From: Octopus sinensis
Taxonomy: Eukaryota
NCBI RefSeq assembly: GCF_006345805.1
Contig: NC_043009.1
Location: 16,492,001-16,556,000 of the forward strand
Length of the DNA: 64,000 nucleotides
Direction of reading: 5' to 3'
The notes under the pieces were generated by a model that worked only from the letters and a program-made list of their open reading frames with translations, was not told the origin of the DNA and made no database searches. Shown piece by piece: positions 13,561 through 27,924 of the stretch. Numbering within the stretch: position 1 is the first letter of the stretch; every line of letters starts with the position of its first letter. The translations under genes were made by a program, and so were the position numbers.

Positions 13561-15091
13561 GGAGAACGGACGTTGTATAGCCGTCATCGAGACAGCTGTG
13601 TGCCACAAACACATGCTAATCATTTTGCAATTCTTCAATTGCAACGAGTTGGTCTTACATAAATGAAATGATACTAGTTATATGGCACAACTGTTACTGG
13701 CAACCCAAAGCCACTCTACCAAAGCCACTCACCATGTTTTGGTCGGTACAAGGCTATAGTAGAAGACACTTCATTCCAAACAATTTGGGATGAAGTTTTA
13801 GTTTCTGTATAGTTGATACAAATGTAACAATAATTACGAATGATTGTTTTACAAAAGTATAATAGAATCCATGTTTTACAGAGTTATTTACTATCTTTGT
13901 CATTGAAAGATGGCAGGAAAAGATTGAATCTCTCTAGAATCGTTGAGGTTTTAAAATAATTGCAGCTTTTGTTTAGTACTTAAAAATTAAGTACTGTCCT
14001 GAGAATTCATGGAACTGGTCATCCAGTATCCATGGCGAATAAGTGACCGAAATCAAACTATTCCCTCAGAACGGAGCGCCACTCCGTCGCAGAGTTATTC
14101 ATTTTGCAACTAAGTTGACCGGAGATGTGTAAAATGCAGTGTTTTGCTCCAGAACACAACGCCTACTCCTGGAATTGAAAGCACGTTCTTGTGATCGTGA
14201 GTGCAACATCCTAACTCCAAGGCCACGCACCTTGAGACAAGGACACACTAATTATGGAAAGTAGAAGAGAGTGCCGATTAAATCGACTACAGTATTTCAC
14301 TGATATTTCAATTTTGCGGCATTCCAACGGTAGTTCAGCACTGAGAAGGGGTTTCGTCCTCTGTGCAACCGATCCGGCTCTCCTTCACTGTTAATACCGA
14401 TAATTATGATAATGATTTCTTTCACTGATACAGAGCTACTCATACAAATATTGCTATTGCTTGTTCTCAATACACCAAGCAAACGAGTAATCAAAGGCCT
14501 TCCAGCTGTGACCAGCCTATTTAAAGAATATCTGGAAGTATATCACCACAAAGAGGTGGGGGATGTTTTGAGAAGATTATTTCTGGTAGGCCAATGGATC
14601 ATGTGCAGCCTAATTCGTTGCATCTAAATGATGCAACAATTGATATGATGATATGATGCTAAACAACAATGCAACATGTATTTATTTTTATCGATCTTTG
14701 ATCCCGAAGGATGAAGATAAAGTCGGCCACGACTGGTTTCCAACTTAAAACGATATTAAATTTTGTAGTGCATTTTGCTAAAACCCACCGCCAAGCAATT
14801 CTTCGATTTTTAACTGATTTTTAGCAACAACAACAGCAGAAACAATAGCAGCAATCATAATATTAATTCTTTGTAATAAAGCCACAAGGCCCGAAATCTG
14901 GCAGAGGAGGAAGTCGATGTCATTGACCCCAGTACATGACTGGTACTTTACTTTATCGATCCCAAAAGTATGAAAGGCAGGGTTGATCTCAGAGAGACTT
15001 GAACTCAGAAAGAACATAGAGGGGAAGAAATGCCACAAGATATATTTTCTAGCACGTTTTTACGTTTCCACCAGCTCACCACTACCATCTA

Positions 15092-15179
<88 letters not shown>

Positions 15180-15837
15180 TTTCTCTCTCTCTTAAGACTG
15201 ATACTGCTTTTGTTTAATCTACATATCACAAAATATGCTGCTACCACACCGGTTCTTATTTATAATGTACGTACCAAATATTAAAATTTGAAAATCCATA
15301 AATGTAATTGATACTAATTTCTATGCTAATTTTTTCTCTCATTTTCCAAGATTTCAGCAAAATTTTTCCCAGCGTTTTCATCCAAATTAGTTGACATCCA
15401 GTGTCCGATATATCATGAAACAAATTGTGTAATATGAAAGGTGCAAACTGAAAAGGATACAAATTATACAGATTAGTATTTGAATTCTTAATCAGATGTA
15501 AAACAGACACAAGTTGAAATACAAACAAGAGAACAGTGAATAATTACAGGAAATGAAATATACATTGAAATACAGGCCGAGGAAAATACCCAGGGACGCC
15601 TGCTGCATGAAAGGGCACTAATTAATTAAACGGTCAAGTATGCTAACGTTTAGGTTAATATAAGGTATGTTGCGTTAAGCGAGTGAAGAAAGGGGAGAAA
15701 AGTTAGATAAAATGTGTTGTGGTATATGATATATAAAGTGATGAAAAGGAATGAGAACAAAAAGTACCGAAAATTAGAGTACGTTGTATGCAACTTTCGT
15801 CAACTTGGCTTTAGTGTTTTGATTATATGAATGATGA

Positions 15838-16055
15838 TAAAGCGACGAACTGGCAGACTCGTTAGCATGCCGGACTAAATGCTTAGCGACATGTCGTCCG
15901 TCTTTTCATTGAGTTCAAATTCCACCGAGGTCGACTTTACCTTTCATCCTTTCTGGGTCCATAAAATACGTATCAGTCGAACACTGTGGTCGATGTAACC
16001 AACTTGCGCTCCCTTCCTCTGACCTTGCCGGCCTTGTGCCAAAATTTGAAATCAG
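15838..16055 (+). mobile_element. SINE family A, diverged
   Basis: agcgacgaactggcagactcgttagcatgccgg...gagttcaaattccaccgaggtcgac. Confidence 0.75.
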
Positions 16056-17767
16056 TATTTTAATAATGATATAACAGGATAATATATAAGATAGATAAGG
16101 AGCAACATAGAGAAAGAGGAAGAGTGAGAGGTAAAAGGTGACAGAAACTGCGTACTGTGTGTGAGATAGAAACCAGGTGAGTTACAGGTGAGGTAAGAGG
16201 TAATGAATTGCAATTTGAAATATAATGTATACTGTATGTAACATAGGTGGGTCGAATAATAGCAATAAATTGTGAAAGAATCTTGTGATGTGTGTATAAC
16301 GGATAGAATGATCTACAGAGAGAAATAGAAAAGCAGAATCCGTTAAATTATAAACAGATTGTATTGTATGTAGGTTACTGTATGTGTGAATATACTACGT
16401 GTGTTTAGCATTGTGACCATTAGATAAATCTATGTTGTAAGTACAATAGATACATAAGGAGATATAGAGCAGGAATGTAAAGGAGTGGTTTGGATTGATT
16501 GTGAAATAATCTCTTTTCTGTATACAAGGCTGTGACATGGAAACTTCGAGAATGAGTGAAATAAATAGTGGATTAATTTTATAGCTTTGATTATACATTG
16601 ATTTAAAATTTTGGTACAAGACTAGCAATTTCGGTGGTGAGTCGATTACATCGACTCCAATACTTGGCGTGCTAACGACTCTCACCGTCTTGGTGTTGAT
16701 AGGACATTAAAAGAACTTATTTTATAAACTGAAGAAATTTGTCTCGAAGAGGCTGAGTGCCACAATATAGTATTTTCTTTCTTATGAAAATTGTCAGTTT
16801 TGTGTCCATCAATTACAGCAGCAATCGACTGTCAGTGAGAGATGAATACAACTTGGTTGACTTAATACGTTGCATGCAGTAAAGAAAACATTTTGTCAAG
16901 GGACTATATTCATAGAAGATAATACAGAGTAGCGTCCCTTGACATGGAAATTAAAGCATGATCAACTTTTTCTTGAATTTTCTTCGTTTTACTTCGCTTT
17001 TTTTTTGTATTTGCTTTTAAAAAAGTTCGAAAAAGAATACGAGAAAGTGAAAAAAGAAAGAATTCAGGAGAATAATAAGCACTTTTTTAACTACATATCG
17101 CACACTAGTGTTTCCCTCTTAAAATAAAAAGTGAAAGAACCAACCCAATCCAGTTACGATATCACGAGTAACTGTGAAAAGCGGGACTTTGGAACAGCCA
17201 AGTACCCTCACAGACATTATCTGGTACTTTAGTGAAACGAACACCTTGTCAGCAGTCCATCTCCCATGGACGTTTCGATTATTACTGTTTGGAAAATGTA
17301 ATTTAACAAATTACAATTTCAGGTTATCAGTGATTGCAATTTTTTGTCGTTTTTATTTTTCCTATCTTTCACCTTTTTATTATATCAGTTTATTTACCGA
17401 TTATAACTGCAAGTTTAGCCTTACTAATCTTGCAGCACTGCTATGATGTGTCCTCCTCAAGCTGTCTCTACCACTACAGCCATAGTGCAGGGTCTCTTCT
17501 CCTTAGACTTTTCGCAAGAACAATTATTTTAAAAGCCTTTTGCAACTAACTAATTGATAAAACAAAAGAAATATTGATTTATTTTCCAATATCTATTTAT
17601 TTTTAAAATATGTCGCTTTAATTTTATTTGCTTTCTCGAGCCTTAGCGATTACAATACCAGTAAGTTTATGCGATGGTATGTGTTTACACATTTCAATAT
17701 ATCCAGTTCTACTGCAGGTCAACAAACTCACCGCCAATAACAGGCTGGTTTCGTTTAATCAACTATA

Positions 17768-18160
17768 TAGGCACAGGTGTGACTGTGTGGTTAGAAGCTT
17801 GCTTCCCAACCACATGGTTCTGGGTTCTATTATAGCCTCGAGCCGACCAAAGCCTGTGAGTGGATTCGGTTGATGAAAACTGAAAGAAGCCCGTTGTATA
17901 AGTGCGCGCGCGCGTGTGTATGTGTGTCTGTGTCTGTGTGTCTGAGTGAGTGTGTCCTACCACAGCTTGACAACTGGTGTTGGTGTGTTTACGTCCCGTA
18001 ACTTAGCGGTTCGGCGACAGAAAACTGGTAGAATGAGTACCGGGCTTTAAAAAAGGTTAAATAAATAAGTACTGGGTCGATTCGTTTGACTAAAAATTTT
18101 TCAAGGCGGTGCCCCAGCATGAGCACACTCTAATGACAAAAACAAGAAAAAGATAAAAGA
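17768..18160 (+). mobile_element. SINE family B, diverged
   Basis: Collinear with 29391-29792. Confidence 0.8.
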
Positions 18161-18532
18161 TATATCTTTTTATGGCTATACACCAAAGCAACGAATTTAA
18201 ATGCTTCATCTCTTCTTTCCAAAACCTCTATTAATATAACTAACAGAAAGACCGCTTTCCGGGAGGACTTCTGCTAGCCCCTTGATAATATTTTCACATT
18301 TGATTCCCAATTCAAATAATTAATATATTTTATGTCTAAATATTCTCACTTGTTTAGTAAATATTGCTTTCATTATTTTATCACAGTTATAATTTCTCTT
18401 TTTTAAACAAACATCACGGTAATCCAACAACACAGCGGGAGAAGCAGTTTGTCAAGTTTTATCCCTCAAAGCAACATAGACATTTCAATTCAGCAGCCCA
18501 TCTGTAAGCTTTGCAGTGTGTGTGTGTGTGAT

Positions 18533-18565
<33 letters not shown>

Positions 18566-18577
18566 GGCAGGCAGACA

Positions 18578-18614
<37 letters not shown>

Positions 18615-18722
18615 CATTGCCATCAATGAATGAAATAAACATGAAATGAAAAAATCGTATAAATAAAAGGGTATTCTTTTCTACTCTAAGTACAAGGCCC
18701 GAAATTTTTGAGGAGTGGGGGG

Positions 18723-19251
18723 ACCCTAACTCTAACCCTAAATCTAAAATAGATTGAAATGCAATAGATCGATACTAGGGTTATAATTATGGGTGACAAT
18801 TTCATACGACACACCACTACGGAAAATGGGATTTTTTTATAGCGGTGTCAAATGAAAATGTCACCCATAATTATAACCCTAGTATCGATCTATTGCATTT
18901 CAATCTATTTTAGATTTAGGGTTAGAGTTAGGGTTAGTTAGGGTTAGGGTTAGGGGTTGGGGGATGGCATCTTTTTTCTTCACAAATGTAAATAAACCCA
19001 ATCTGTTTCTTAAACGAGGGACATATTCATTATGCACAGAATGTTATTTACCTAAATGGACTCCAGTGATTGGTTAAAATTGCCGAAATGAAAGTAATTT
19101 CAGACGAAATATCTTACAAACTATAGAGTTTTCTCAATAAAGTCAAGAGAAAATGATGTTTTATAAACACATTCTACCAGTATACGAAGTTTAAAACTTT
19201 TTAGTTACCTAGAAATTATGTTACAAAGTGCCGTTCAAAAGGAAAAGATCC
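18723..19251 (-). mobile_element. Rearranged copy of the MITE at 36135-36574, one end replaced by a fold-back duplication
   Basis: 18840-19251 is the reverse complement of the 36135-36545 region, including one TIR (ccgttcaaaaggaaaagatcc). 18723-18934 forms a hairpin with taaccc/gggtta motifs. Confidence 0.7.
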
Positions 19252-19979
19252 TTATAAAAATATTTCCAGACAGTCAACCCTTTAATAATTGCTTTCTTTT
19301 GGTACTTTTAGTAATTGTTAGATAACTAATTAATAAGCAGCTTCCGCCATTATAGTATAAATGTGCTTTATATATATCCTTAAATGTTCTTTTTGTATTT
19401 CGTCAATTGAATAGCTGCTTTTTGTCAAAAAATTTAGTTCAAGCCTGAATGTATGGGAATTCAAAGCCGACATATTTCCTGTTTTATAAGTGATACATTT
19501 TAAACTCTTCCTACATTATTTTATTGACTGTATTTGAGAGAAGTCGTTTTATATTCTAATTTGTCTTATAAATTATCGGGGTTTTAACTGAAGCTATTAT
19601 TAGACTTGTTTGTTGGAGTATCAAAAACAATACCCACCTTAAAGACAAGGATATCACAGGACTACGGTTATTGGTCCAATGTTAAAGTAAAAAGATAAGA
19701 CTTCTTCAATCTAAGAAGTAATCATATCCCGGATATTTCCGGAGAACCACACAATTGACTGTGTCCCTCTTGTTTATTTAGCTGGACATGAATTCCACTA
19801 ATGTTTCTAAAAATGGTGTGAAATCAGGAACTAGGAAAATCCGGTTTGAAAGCAATATTTAGCAGAAAATACTTAATTTCATCGGAATTTCCTACTTGAA
19901 GATGCTGATGACGTAAATACCTCGAAAAACAGAGTAAGCATTCAAGATGACTGATGATGGAGCGGTTTCTATAGAAAGT

Positions 19980-20250
19980 TGGTGGCAGCGGCGGCGGTGG
20001 TGGTGGTGGTGGTGGTGGTGGTGGTGGTGGTGGTGGCGGTAGTGGTGGTGGTGGTGGTGGTGGTGGTGGTGGTGGTGGCGGTGGTGGCGGCGGTGGTGGT
20101 GGCGGTGGTGGTGGTGGTGGTGGTGGTGGTGGTGGTAGTGGTGGTCGTCGTCGTCGTTGTCGTCGTCGTCGTGGTCGTGGTGGCGGCGGTGGCGGCTGCG
20201 GTGGTGGGGGTGGGGGTAGGGGTGGGGTGGATGTTTTTGTGGTGGTGGTG
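19980..20250. repeat. (GGT)n/(GGC)n/(GTC)n trinucleotide tract
   Basis: Direct reading. Confidence 0.95.
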
Positions 20251-20538
20251 AAGAGGACATTATTAATTTTAGCATTTACAATAGCATACGGACAAACAAC
20301 GGAGTTTTAATTCAGCTTTTAACAACATAAGTTTTAATAAATATACATTTTCCGGTTCCGAACTTATTTAACTCAATGTCTGTCTACTGCCTATCTTTTT
20401 GGCTATCTAAATATATGTTGAAAAATCCGCCAGTTTAAATTTTCTCTGCTCTCTTTGCCTAATTATTTAACTGCCTGCCATTATATATCTGTTCATCTAT
20501 CGATCTCTCTACGTTGCTGATCACATACAGACATACAG

Positions 20539-20569
<31 letters not shown>

Positions 20570-20901
20570 CATACATAATACATACATACATAACCCCTCC
20601 CTCCCTCTCTCTCTCTATATATATATATATGTATATATATAAAAAGGAAATGAAGAAAATGCTGACATACATACATAACCCCTCCCTCCCTCTCTCTCTC
20701 TAAGAGAAAAAAATCTATCAGAAAGGAACTCTATCTCTTATAAGAGAAAAAAATCTATCAGAAAGGAACTCTATCTCTCTTAAAAAAATATCTTTTGATA
20801 AGCATAACAAATGCGCAACCGGTAAAAAGAACTTTCACCTAATTAAATACACTCTCCCTTACTTAAATTATTTTGTCAGCATTTTCTTCATTTCCTTTTT
20901 A

Positions 20902-20934
<33 letters not shown>

Positions 20935-20969
20935 GGAGGGAGGGGTTATGTATGTATGTATTATGCATG

Positions 20970-21044
<75 letters not shown>

Positions 21045-22149
21045 GTGTGTGTCTGTCTGTCTGTCTATCTGTATGTATGTATGTATGTATGTATGTATGT
21101 ATGTATGTATGTATATGTAAGTGTGTATGTATAAGTTAGCAAACAAAAGAAGAGCATTCAATATATGATTTAGAGTTTATATTTGTTGGATATCAGTTAC
21201 TGACTAACTCAGGTGACACCCAAGTTTCACGCACTAAAGTAGTGCATTCAGTCAATCAATGCATGGTAAATAAAGCTATGTTCACAACACGCTCATTCTC
21301 TCTAGTCAAGGTGGATCACGTGAATGAATATGTATAGCTCACTAGACTGCTAATATATAAGGGTTCGTGATATTCGTTATATCTGGTTAGATCTGGTGGC
21401 TATATATTTGAACCAATACGTCTCAGACTCTCTGGTAACATCACACTATCCAAGACGATAATCGGAGTCAATTGGATAATATTTCTGTACTCTTGTGGCT
21501 GCCTTAGAATCGGAAACTTTTCATTTAGACAAAGCCTGCAATTTTCTGATCCCTTGAAGTATAAAGTGGTTTTGTTGACGGATGTCGGTTATTGGAAGGG
21601 GAAGCAGTCATACCCTTGGTTTCTGCGTTTCCAGACGAATTAAGTCCGCAAAGTATTTTCACTGAATCAGGTGTTTGATAACGCCTAGTGGTGCTATGGA
21701 TGACTCATGTTTCTAAGATTCAAAAAGGCTGACTTTACTGAATAGGAGGACTTCTGAAGATACTATCCGGCTGCTGAGATGGTGGTTGTGTAGGAATGCT
21801 TTTTGTTTCAGCTGTAAGGTGTGGCCATTGAAGCATTGTTGTCCAGAAAGTAATAACTGGCCTTGATGTATGTAAATGGTAAGTGGTTTTACAAAGGCTT
21901 GAAAGTTTCTAGTTACCACTCAAGACCACTCAAGTTGTATGATGGATTAAGCGAAATTACCTTTCCGCTTCTCAATTTTACTCAGAAGAAGTGGAATGTT
22001 CTCCACCGAAGCTAGTTTCTCTTTGAAGCCGCTTCTATCTAATGTTGTAGTTAAGTGCAGTTCTGTTTGAGATGTTTCTGACCAAAAATAGTTCAGAGAC
22101 TCTCTTACTTATTCCAGATGCAAAATTCCTGACCAGCTGTATATATATA

Positions 22150-22560
22150 CTAGCAGAAAGACCGCTCTCCGGACGGTTTTCTACTAGCCCCTTGATAATA
22201 TTTTCACATTTGATTTCTAATTCTAATAATTTGTATATTTTACGTCTAATTATTTCTTTGCATAATAGTGCTCACTTGCTTAGTAAATATTACTTTCATT
22301 ATTTTATCACAGTCATAATCTCTCTTTTTTAAACAAACATCACGGTAATCCAACAACAGAAGGAGAAGCAGTTTGTCAAGTTTTACCTTCCCCTCAAAGC
22401 AACATGGAGATTTCAATTTGGCAGCCCATCAATTTGGCAGCTTTGCATTGTGTATGTGTGTGTATGAGAGAGAGAGGGGGGGGAGAATATTGCAAACAAT
22501 GAATGAAATAAACATGAAATGAAAACATCGTTTACATAAAAGGGCATTACTACAGATGTA
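22150..22560 (-). mobile_element. Probable Helitron-type repeat; second copy at about 18240-18660
   Basis: The minus strand ends with hairpin accg(t)ccggagagcggt followed by ctttctgCTAG. About 400 bp is similar to 18240-18660. Confidence 0.45.
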
Positions 22561-24126
22561 CATGTCCCCGGCTTTGTTGCCTCATAACATCCAGAAAAAT
22601 GGATACTTTTTAACAAAATTTTCTACAAATACCGCTTAGATGTTGTGGCTTCAGAGTATATAGGGATTTATATGAAATAATTTTTGCGAGGGTGTGGAGA
22701 CAGGAGTTTTAGAAAATTCACACGATCTGCTTTTTTCCCTCATAACTTTTAGGAAGATGGGTATCTTTTAATGCAAATTTATACAAATGCCTTTCAAATG
22801 GCATAGATTACGATTATAAAGAAATTTGTTGGGGAAAGTTCTTCGGGGATTTTCCCCAATTTTTTAAACTACACCCTTCGAAATTGTGGAGTTGTGAGAG
22901 GTGGCATCTTTGTATGAAAAAGTTTTGAAAGCATTTTTTTACACCCCACTTCCCTCATCATCCCACTCCAGACCTATTTTGGCCAATTTTCTATTTTCTT
23001 ATTGTTTTTTTTTTTTGCCCATCAAAACCATGGGAAGAGGATTTTCGGTAATTTCTTTTTTAATTGTTAATATTTTCAGACGAAATAGTGATTTAAGGAC
23101 GAGTTGGCTGCTGTTTCTAGCACATCCAAAGACAACCTTCCTCGTTTCTTTATCACTCTCGCATGTATTGATGTTTTTCAATATTTTTCTCCATAAATAC
23201 ATTTATATGCTATAAAAAAGAAAATTTGAGAAATTATGAATTTTTTTGCAGCCCTACTCCCTGTCCCCGAATGTTTCTGCTTAGAATCTGACAAAACTTT
23301 ACAAAAGTGATGCAGCACGAAGTTTGTCAGAGAACAACACACATACACACACACACACACACACACGCACGTACACGCACGCACGCACGACGCACGCACA
23401 TACACTCACGTTCATTGCCTTTCATTTGTGTATATGCGTGTCTGTGTGTGCGCGAGTGTGTAGTGGTGTGTGTCTGTAAGAGAGAGAGAGAGAGAGCGCG
23501 TGTGTGTTACAGTTGAAGTTGTATTTAGAAATTGTGAATAAGGTTCAAATTTCGAGTACTTGTCGGTAACTTTTTCTTTCTTTTTTTCTCGTCTTTTTTT
23601 TTTTTTTCTCATCTTCTAATAGTAATTACCCAACTTTCTTGGCTCTTCTCACAGCTATCCCGCGTTCAAAAATTATACAGGCATTTAAAAAAATTTCATT
23701 CAATAAATAATAAATTACATATACACTAATAGACTAAACTGTCGGTTTTCCAAATAGCGAATGAAAACTTAAAAAAGAAAGTGAGAGACTTTGCAAATGG
23801 AAATGGAATACTCCGCAGTGAATGCAATGAATATTTAAATTTGTGAGAAATTGGATGCAGTGAATGGCAATGAATATTTAAATTTGCGAGAAATTGGAGT
23901 TAAAAAAAACTCAATAATCTTGAGAAATCGAAATTATAGGAAATTTCTTAGAACATGAATTTATAAAAATATTTCCAGACAGTCAACCCTTTAATAATTG
24001 CTCTCTTTTAGTACTTTTAGTAATTGTTACACACCTAATTAATAAACAGACTTCTCTATTACAGTGTGTGTTGTCCGGATGTTTTGCGTTCTTGTCCCAT
24101 TTTGTATTTTATATATATATATATAT

Positions 24127-25524
24127 ATAATTAATCAATATAGGGTGGCAAAAAATTTTGTAGAATTTTTTTGCCACCAGCGGCCTAGTGGGAAAAAATT
24201 AAATAGTCATAGACCATTTTTAAGTTCAACATCACAATCAAGGAACGGCCATAATAGGCCATTCACCCACTAGAAATAACAGCCAAAGCTTCAACCGCAA
24301 AATAACATCAATTCCGTAAACCAGGAGAAAATTAAAAAACATTTACCCAGTAATTTCTTATACGATGCACCGTTTCATCTACTGTTTAATGGTAAACTAA
24401 CCTGATTAAATTAAATCAAGCCAATCTTCCATAGGCCCTTAGAATCATCAGTAAGAAATAGCCAAGTCGGAACAGATATTTTCACGAGGCATTTCCGTCC
24501 CTGCCTCGGCAATATCTGACCTAAAATTTTCAAATCATCGCACTCGCGCCAAATTTATCGGCAGCAAATAAATATAAGCCGCCGATTCCATTACGGAATT
24601 AACCAGAGAATTCATAATTAATCAATATAGGGTGGCAAAAAATTTTGTAGAATTTTTTTGCCACCAGCGGCCTAGTGGGAAAAAATTAAATAGTCATAGA
24701 CCATTTTTAAGTTCAACATCACAATCAAGGAACGGCCATAATAGGCCATTCACCCACTAGAAATAACAGCCAAAGCTTCAACCGCAAAATAACATCAATT
24801 CCGTAAACCAGGAGAAAATTAAAAAACATTTACCCAGTAATTTCTTATACGATGCACCGTTTCATCTACTGTTTAATGGTAAACTAACCTGATTAAATTA
24901 AATCAAGCCAATCTTCCATAGGCCCTTAGAATCATCAGTAAGAAATAGCCAAGTCGGAACAGATATTTTCACGAGGCATTTCCGTCCCTGCCTCGGCAAT
25001 ATCTGACCTAAAATTTTCAAATCATCGCACTCGCGCCAAATTTATCGGCAGCAAATAAATATAAGCCGCCGATTCCATTACGGAATTAACCAGAAAATTC
25101 ATAATTAATCAATATAATTTTTTGCCACCCTATATTGATTAATTATGAATTTTCTGGTTAATTCCGTAATGGAATCGGCGGCTTATATTTATTTGCTGCC
25201 GATAAATTTGGCGCGAGTGCGATGATTTGAAAATTTTAGGTCAGATATTGCCGAGGCAGGGACGGAAATGCCTCGTGAAAATATCTGTTCCGACTTGGCT
25301 ATTTCTTACTGATGATTCTAAGGGCCTATGGAAGATTGGCTTGATTTAATTTAATCAGGTTAGTTTACCATTAAACAGTAGATGAAACGGTGCATCGTAT
25401 AAGAAATTACTGGGTAAATGTTTTTTAATTTTCTCCTGGTTTACGGAATTGATGTTATTTTGCGGTTGAAGCTTTGGCTGTTATTTCTAGTGGGTGAATG
25501 GCCTATTATGGCCGTTCCTTGATT

Positions 25525-25529
<5 letters not shown>
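24127..25529. repeat. Two 487-bp direct repeats followed by a 399-bp inverted (fold-back) copy, flanked by (TA)n
   Basis: Unit starts at 24127, 24614 and 25101. Arms 24718-25116 and 25131-25529 with a 14-nt loop. Confidence 0.95.
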
Positions 25530-25585
<56 letters not shown>

Positions 25586-26349
25586 CGGTGTACGTACACT
25601 TTGGTCTCTTATATGTAAGTATACATTTTTTCTAAATCTTGTACGACTTTATTTCTGTCTATCAGCCCTTTCCCGCTCATTCATTCATTCCTCTCTTCGT
25701 TCTTTCGTTTCCCCTCTCTCACATTTCTTCACCTTCTCTTTCCCTCCACTTTTCACTTCACTGTGTCCCTGTCATTTTTTCTCGCCCCTCCTTATTTCTT
25801 CTGTCCATCTGCCTCTACATCTCTCTCATCTCTTCCCACATGACCGACGTTCGGCCAAACCTGATCTTTCTTTCTTGGTCTGGCCGTTGTCCGTGCAATA
25901 TCGATATTCCTCCCTGTGCCTCTAAAATCTTGTGTCCCTGCCGTAAGGCTTTGTTTCCACACACGCCAGCTTAATTTGATTCGTCCTTACTCGAAAGACA
26001 CCTGTTTTTATGTCCTGTCATTATTTTTATTGCATTTGTGTAACATGGTCGTTTTTCCCGTCCTTGTTTTTGTATACATTCGCTGCTTTCTTCCAAGGAA
26101 TCTAATGCTCTTAGCTTAGTTTTTCCTTGGAGCTGGCCAGATTGGAGCAATATCGAGTATAATCAGCCGAAATGCGAAGATAATCTGGTACTCGACTGAG
26201 GAAAGAAAACTTCGAATGACCCGCCCTTGGTTTCTTTGTATCGTCTAGCTGGATCATTTTTTTGTCTCATTTTTGTATCACTTAACTGTCCGGATGTTTT
26301 GCCTTCGTGTCCCATTTTGTATTATACATCTTCTTTTTCTTTCTCTGTT

Positions 26350-26542
26350 TCTCTTTTTACTTGTTTCAGTCATTTGACTGTGGCCATGCTGGAGCACCGT
26401 CTTTAATCGAGCAACTCGACCCCGGGGCTTATTCTTTGTAAGCCCAGTACTTATTCTATCGGTCTCTTTTGCCGAACCGCTAAGTGGCGGGGACATAAAC
26501 ACCAGCATCGGTTATCAAGCAATGCTAGGGGGACAAACACAG

Positions 26543-26627
<85 letters not shown>

Positions 26628-26793
26628 TACGACAGGCTTCTTTCAGTTTCCGTCTACCAAATCCACTCACAAGGCTTTGGTCGGCCCGAGGCTATAGTAG
26701 AAGACACTTGCCCAAGGTACCACGCAGTGGGACTGAACCCAGAACCATGTAGTTCGTAAGCAAGCTACTTACCACACAGCCACTCCTGCGCCT
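26350..26793 (-). mobile_element. SINE family B
   Basis: Reverse complement of the family B consensus, with an internal (CA)/(TA)n tract. Confidence 0.9.
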
Positions 26794-26983
26794 ATACATA
26801 CATATATTGATACATTTGGTACATTTAGAAAGTGCACTGCCCGCAGTTCCAGAATATAATATAAACTGCCACAAAAGATTTTAATGTATTCATTAGTACT
26901 GACTAAACCATATTTACTTCCTAGATATAACATTAAATTTGGATACAAACAAAGACTACTCTCTCTCCCTCTCTCTCTCTCTC

Positions 26984-27048
<65 letters not shown>

Positions 27049-27845
27049 AACTTAATCCACAATCATCAGATCAAACAAGTTAATCTGATGACCATACGAC
27101 TTGATCGGGTAGCTTCCTTTACATATAAGAGTCCAGTCAGTTTTAATTATGACCATGACCTGATTCATAGTTGACCACATGGCCTATATATTAACCAGTG
27201 GAAATCTTGTGCTGTTGACGTCGTTTGACGGATCGCTTCTATGTTTTACATGTGAAACGCCGAATAACAATAGAGTGAATCACCAAGTTTTTTCCCACTG
27301 CGCACAAATACTCATGTGTGTGTGTGTGTGTGACTCAGACAACGTTATCACTAAGTAAGTTAAACAAAGTTCATTATGTATTAAATTCCACTTATTCAAT
27401 AGATAAATGAATAAATAGGTAAATGAATATATCCCCCCATTTCGTCCGTCTTTACGTTCTGAGAGCAGAGTTTTGAAGAGTTGAGTTAAACCTAGAACTA
27501 ATTAATTTTAAACCGGGACATAAACAAACCAACACCTGTCATCAAGCAGTGGGACGATAAGCACAAACATACTCACACACACACAAACAAACATATATAT
27601 ATATATACACACACACATAAACATATATTTTATGTTTTCTTTCAGTTATTAGACTGCGACCATTCTGGGGCAATGCCTTGAAAGACTTTTAGTCAAATGA
27701 ACTGACCCCACTTTTTAGGCCTGGTACTTATTCGATAATACTCTTTTTGCCGAGCCGCTTAGTTACGGTGACGGAAACACACAGCACTGGTAGTCAAGCT
27801 GTTTTGGGGGCACAAAAACACATACATACATATGTATACTACATA

Positions 27846-27881
<36 letters not shown>

Positions 27882-27885
27882 ATAT

Positions 27886-27913
<28 letters not shown>

Positions 27914-27924
<11 letters not shown>

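Noticed and set aside
18918-18960. Telomere or interstitial telomeric array (TTAGGG)
   Set aside because: Only a few degenerate units, and they are an internal part of the MITE family (also at 36438-36472 and 5969-5995).
25310-25345. Hammerhead in the 487-bp unit (CTGATGA-ttc...gaa)
   Set aside because: The stem is followed by GATT rather than GAAA, and no stem III or cleavage triplet can be drawn.
26160-26225. CTGARGA motifs after hairpins here, at about 28140 (minus) and at about 32035 (minus)
   Set aside because: No complete three-stem hammerhead geometry; at most decayed remnants.
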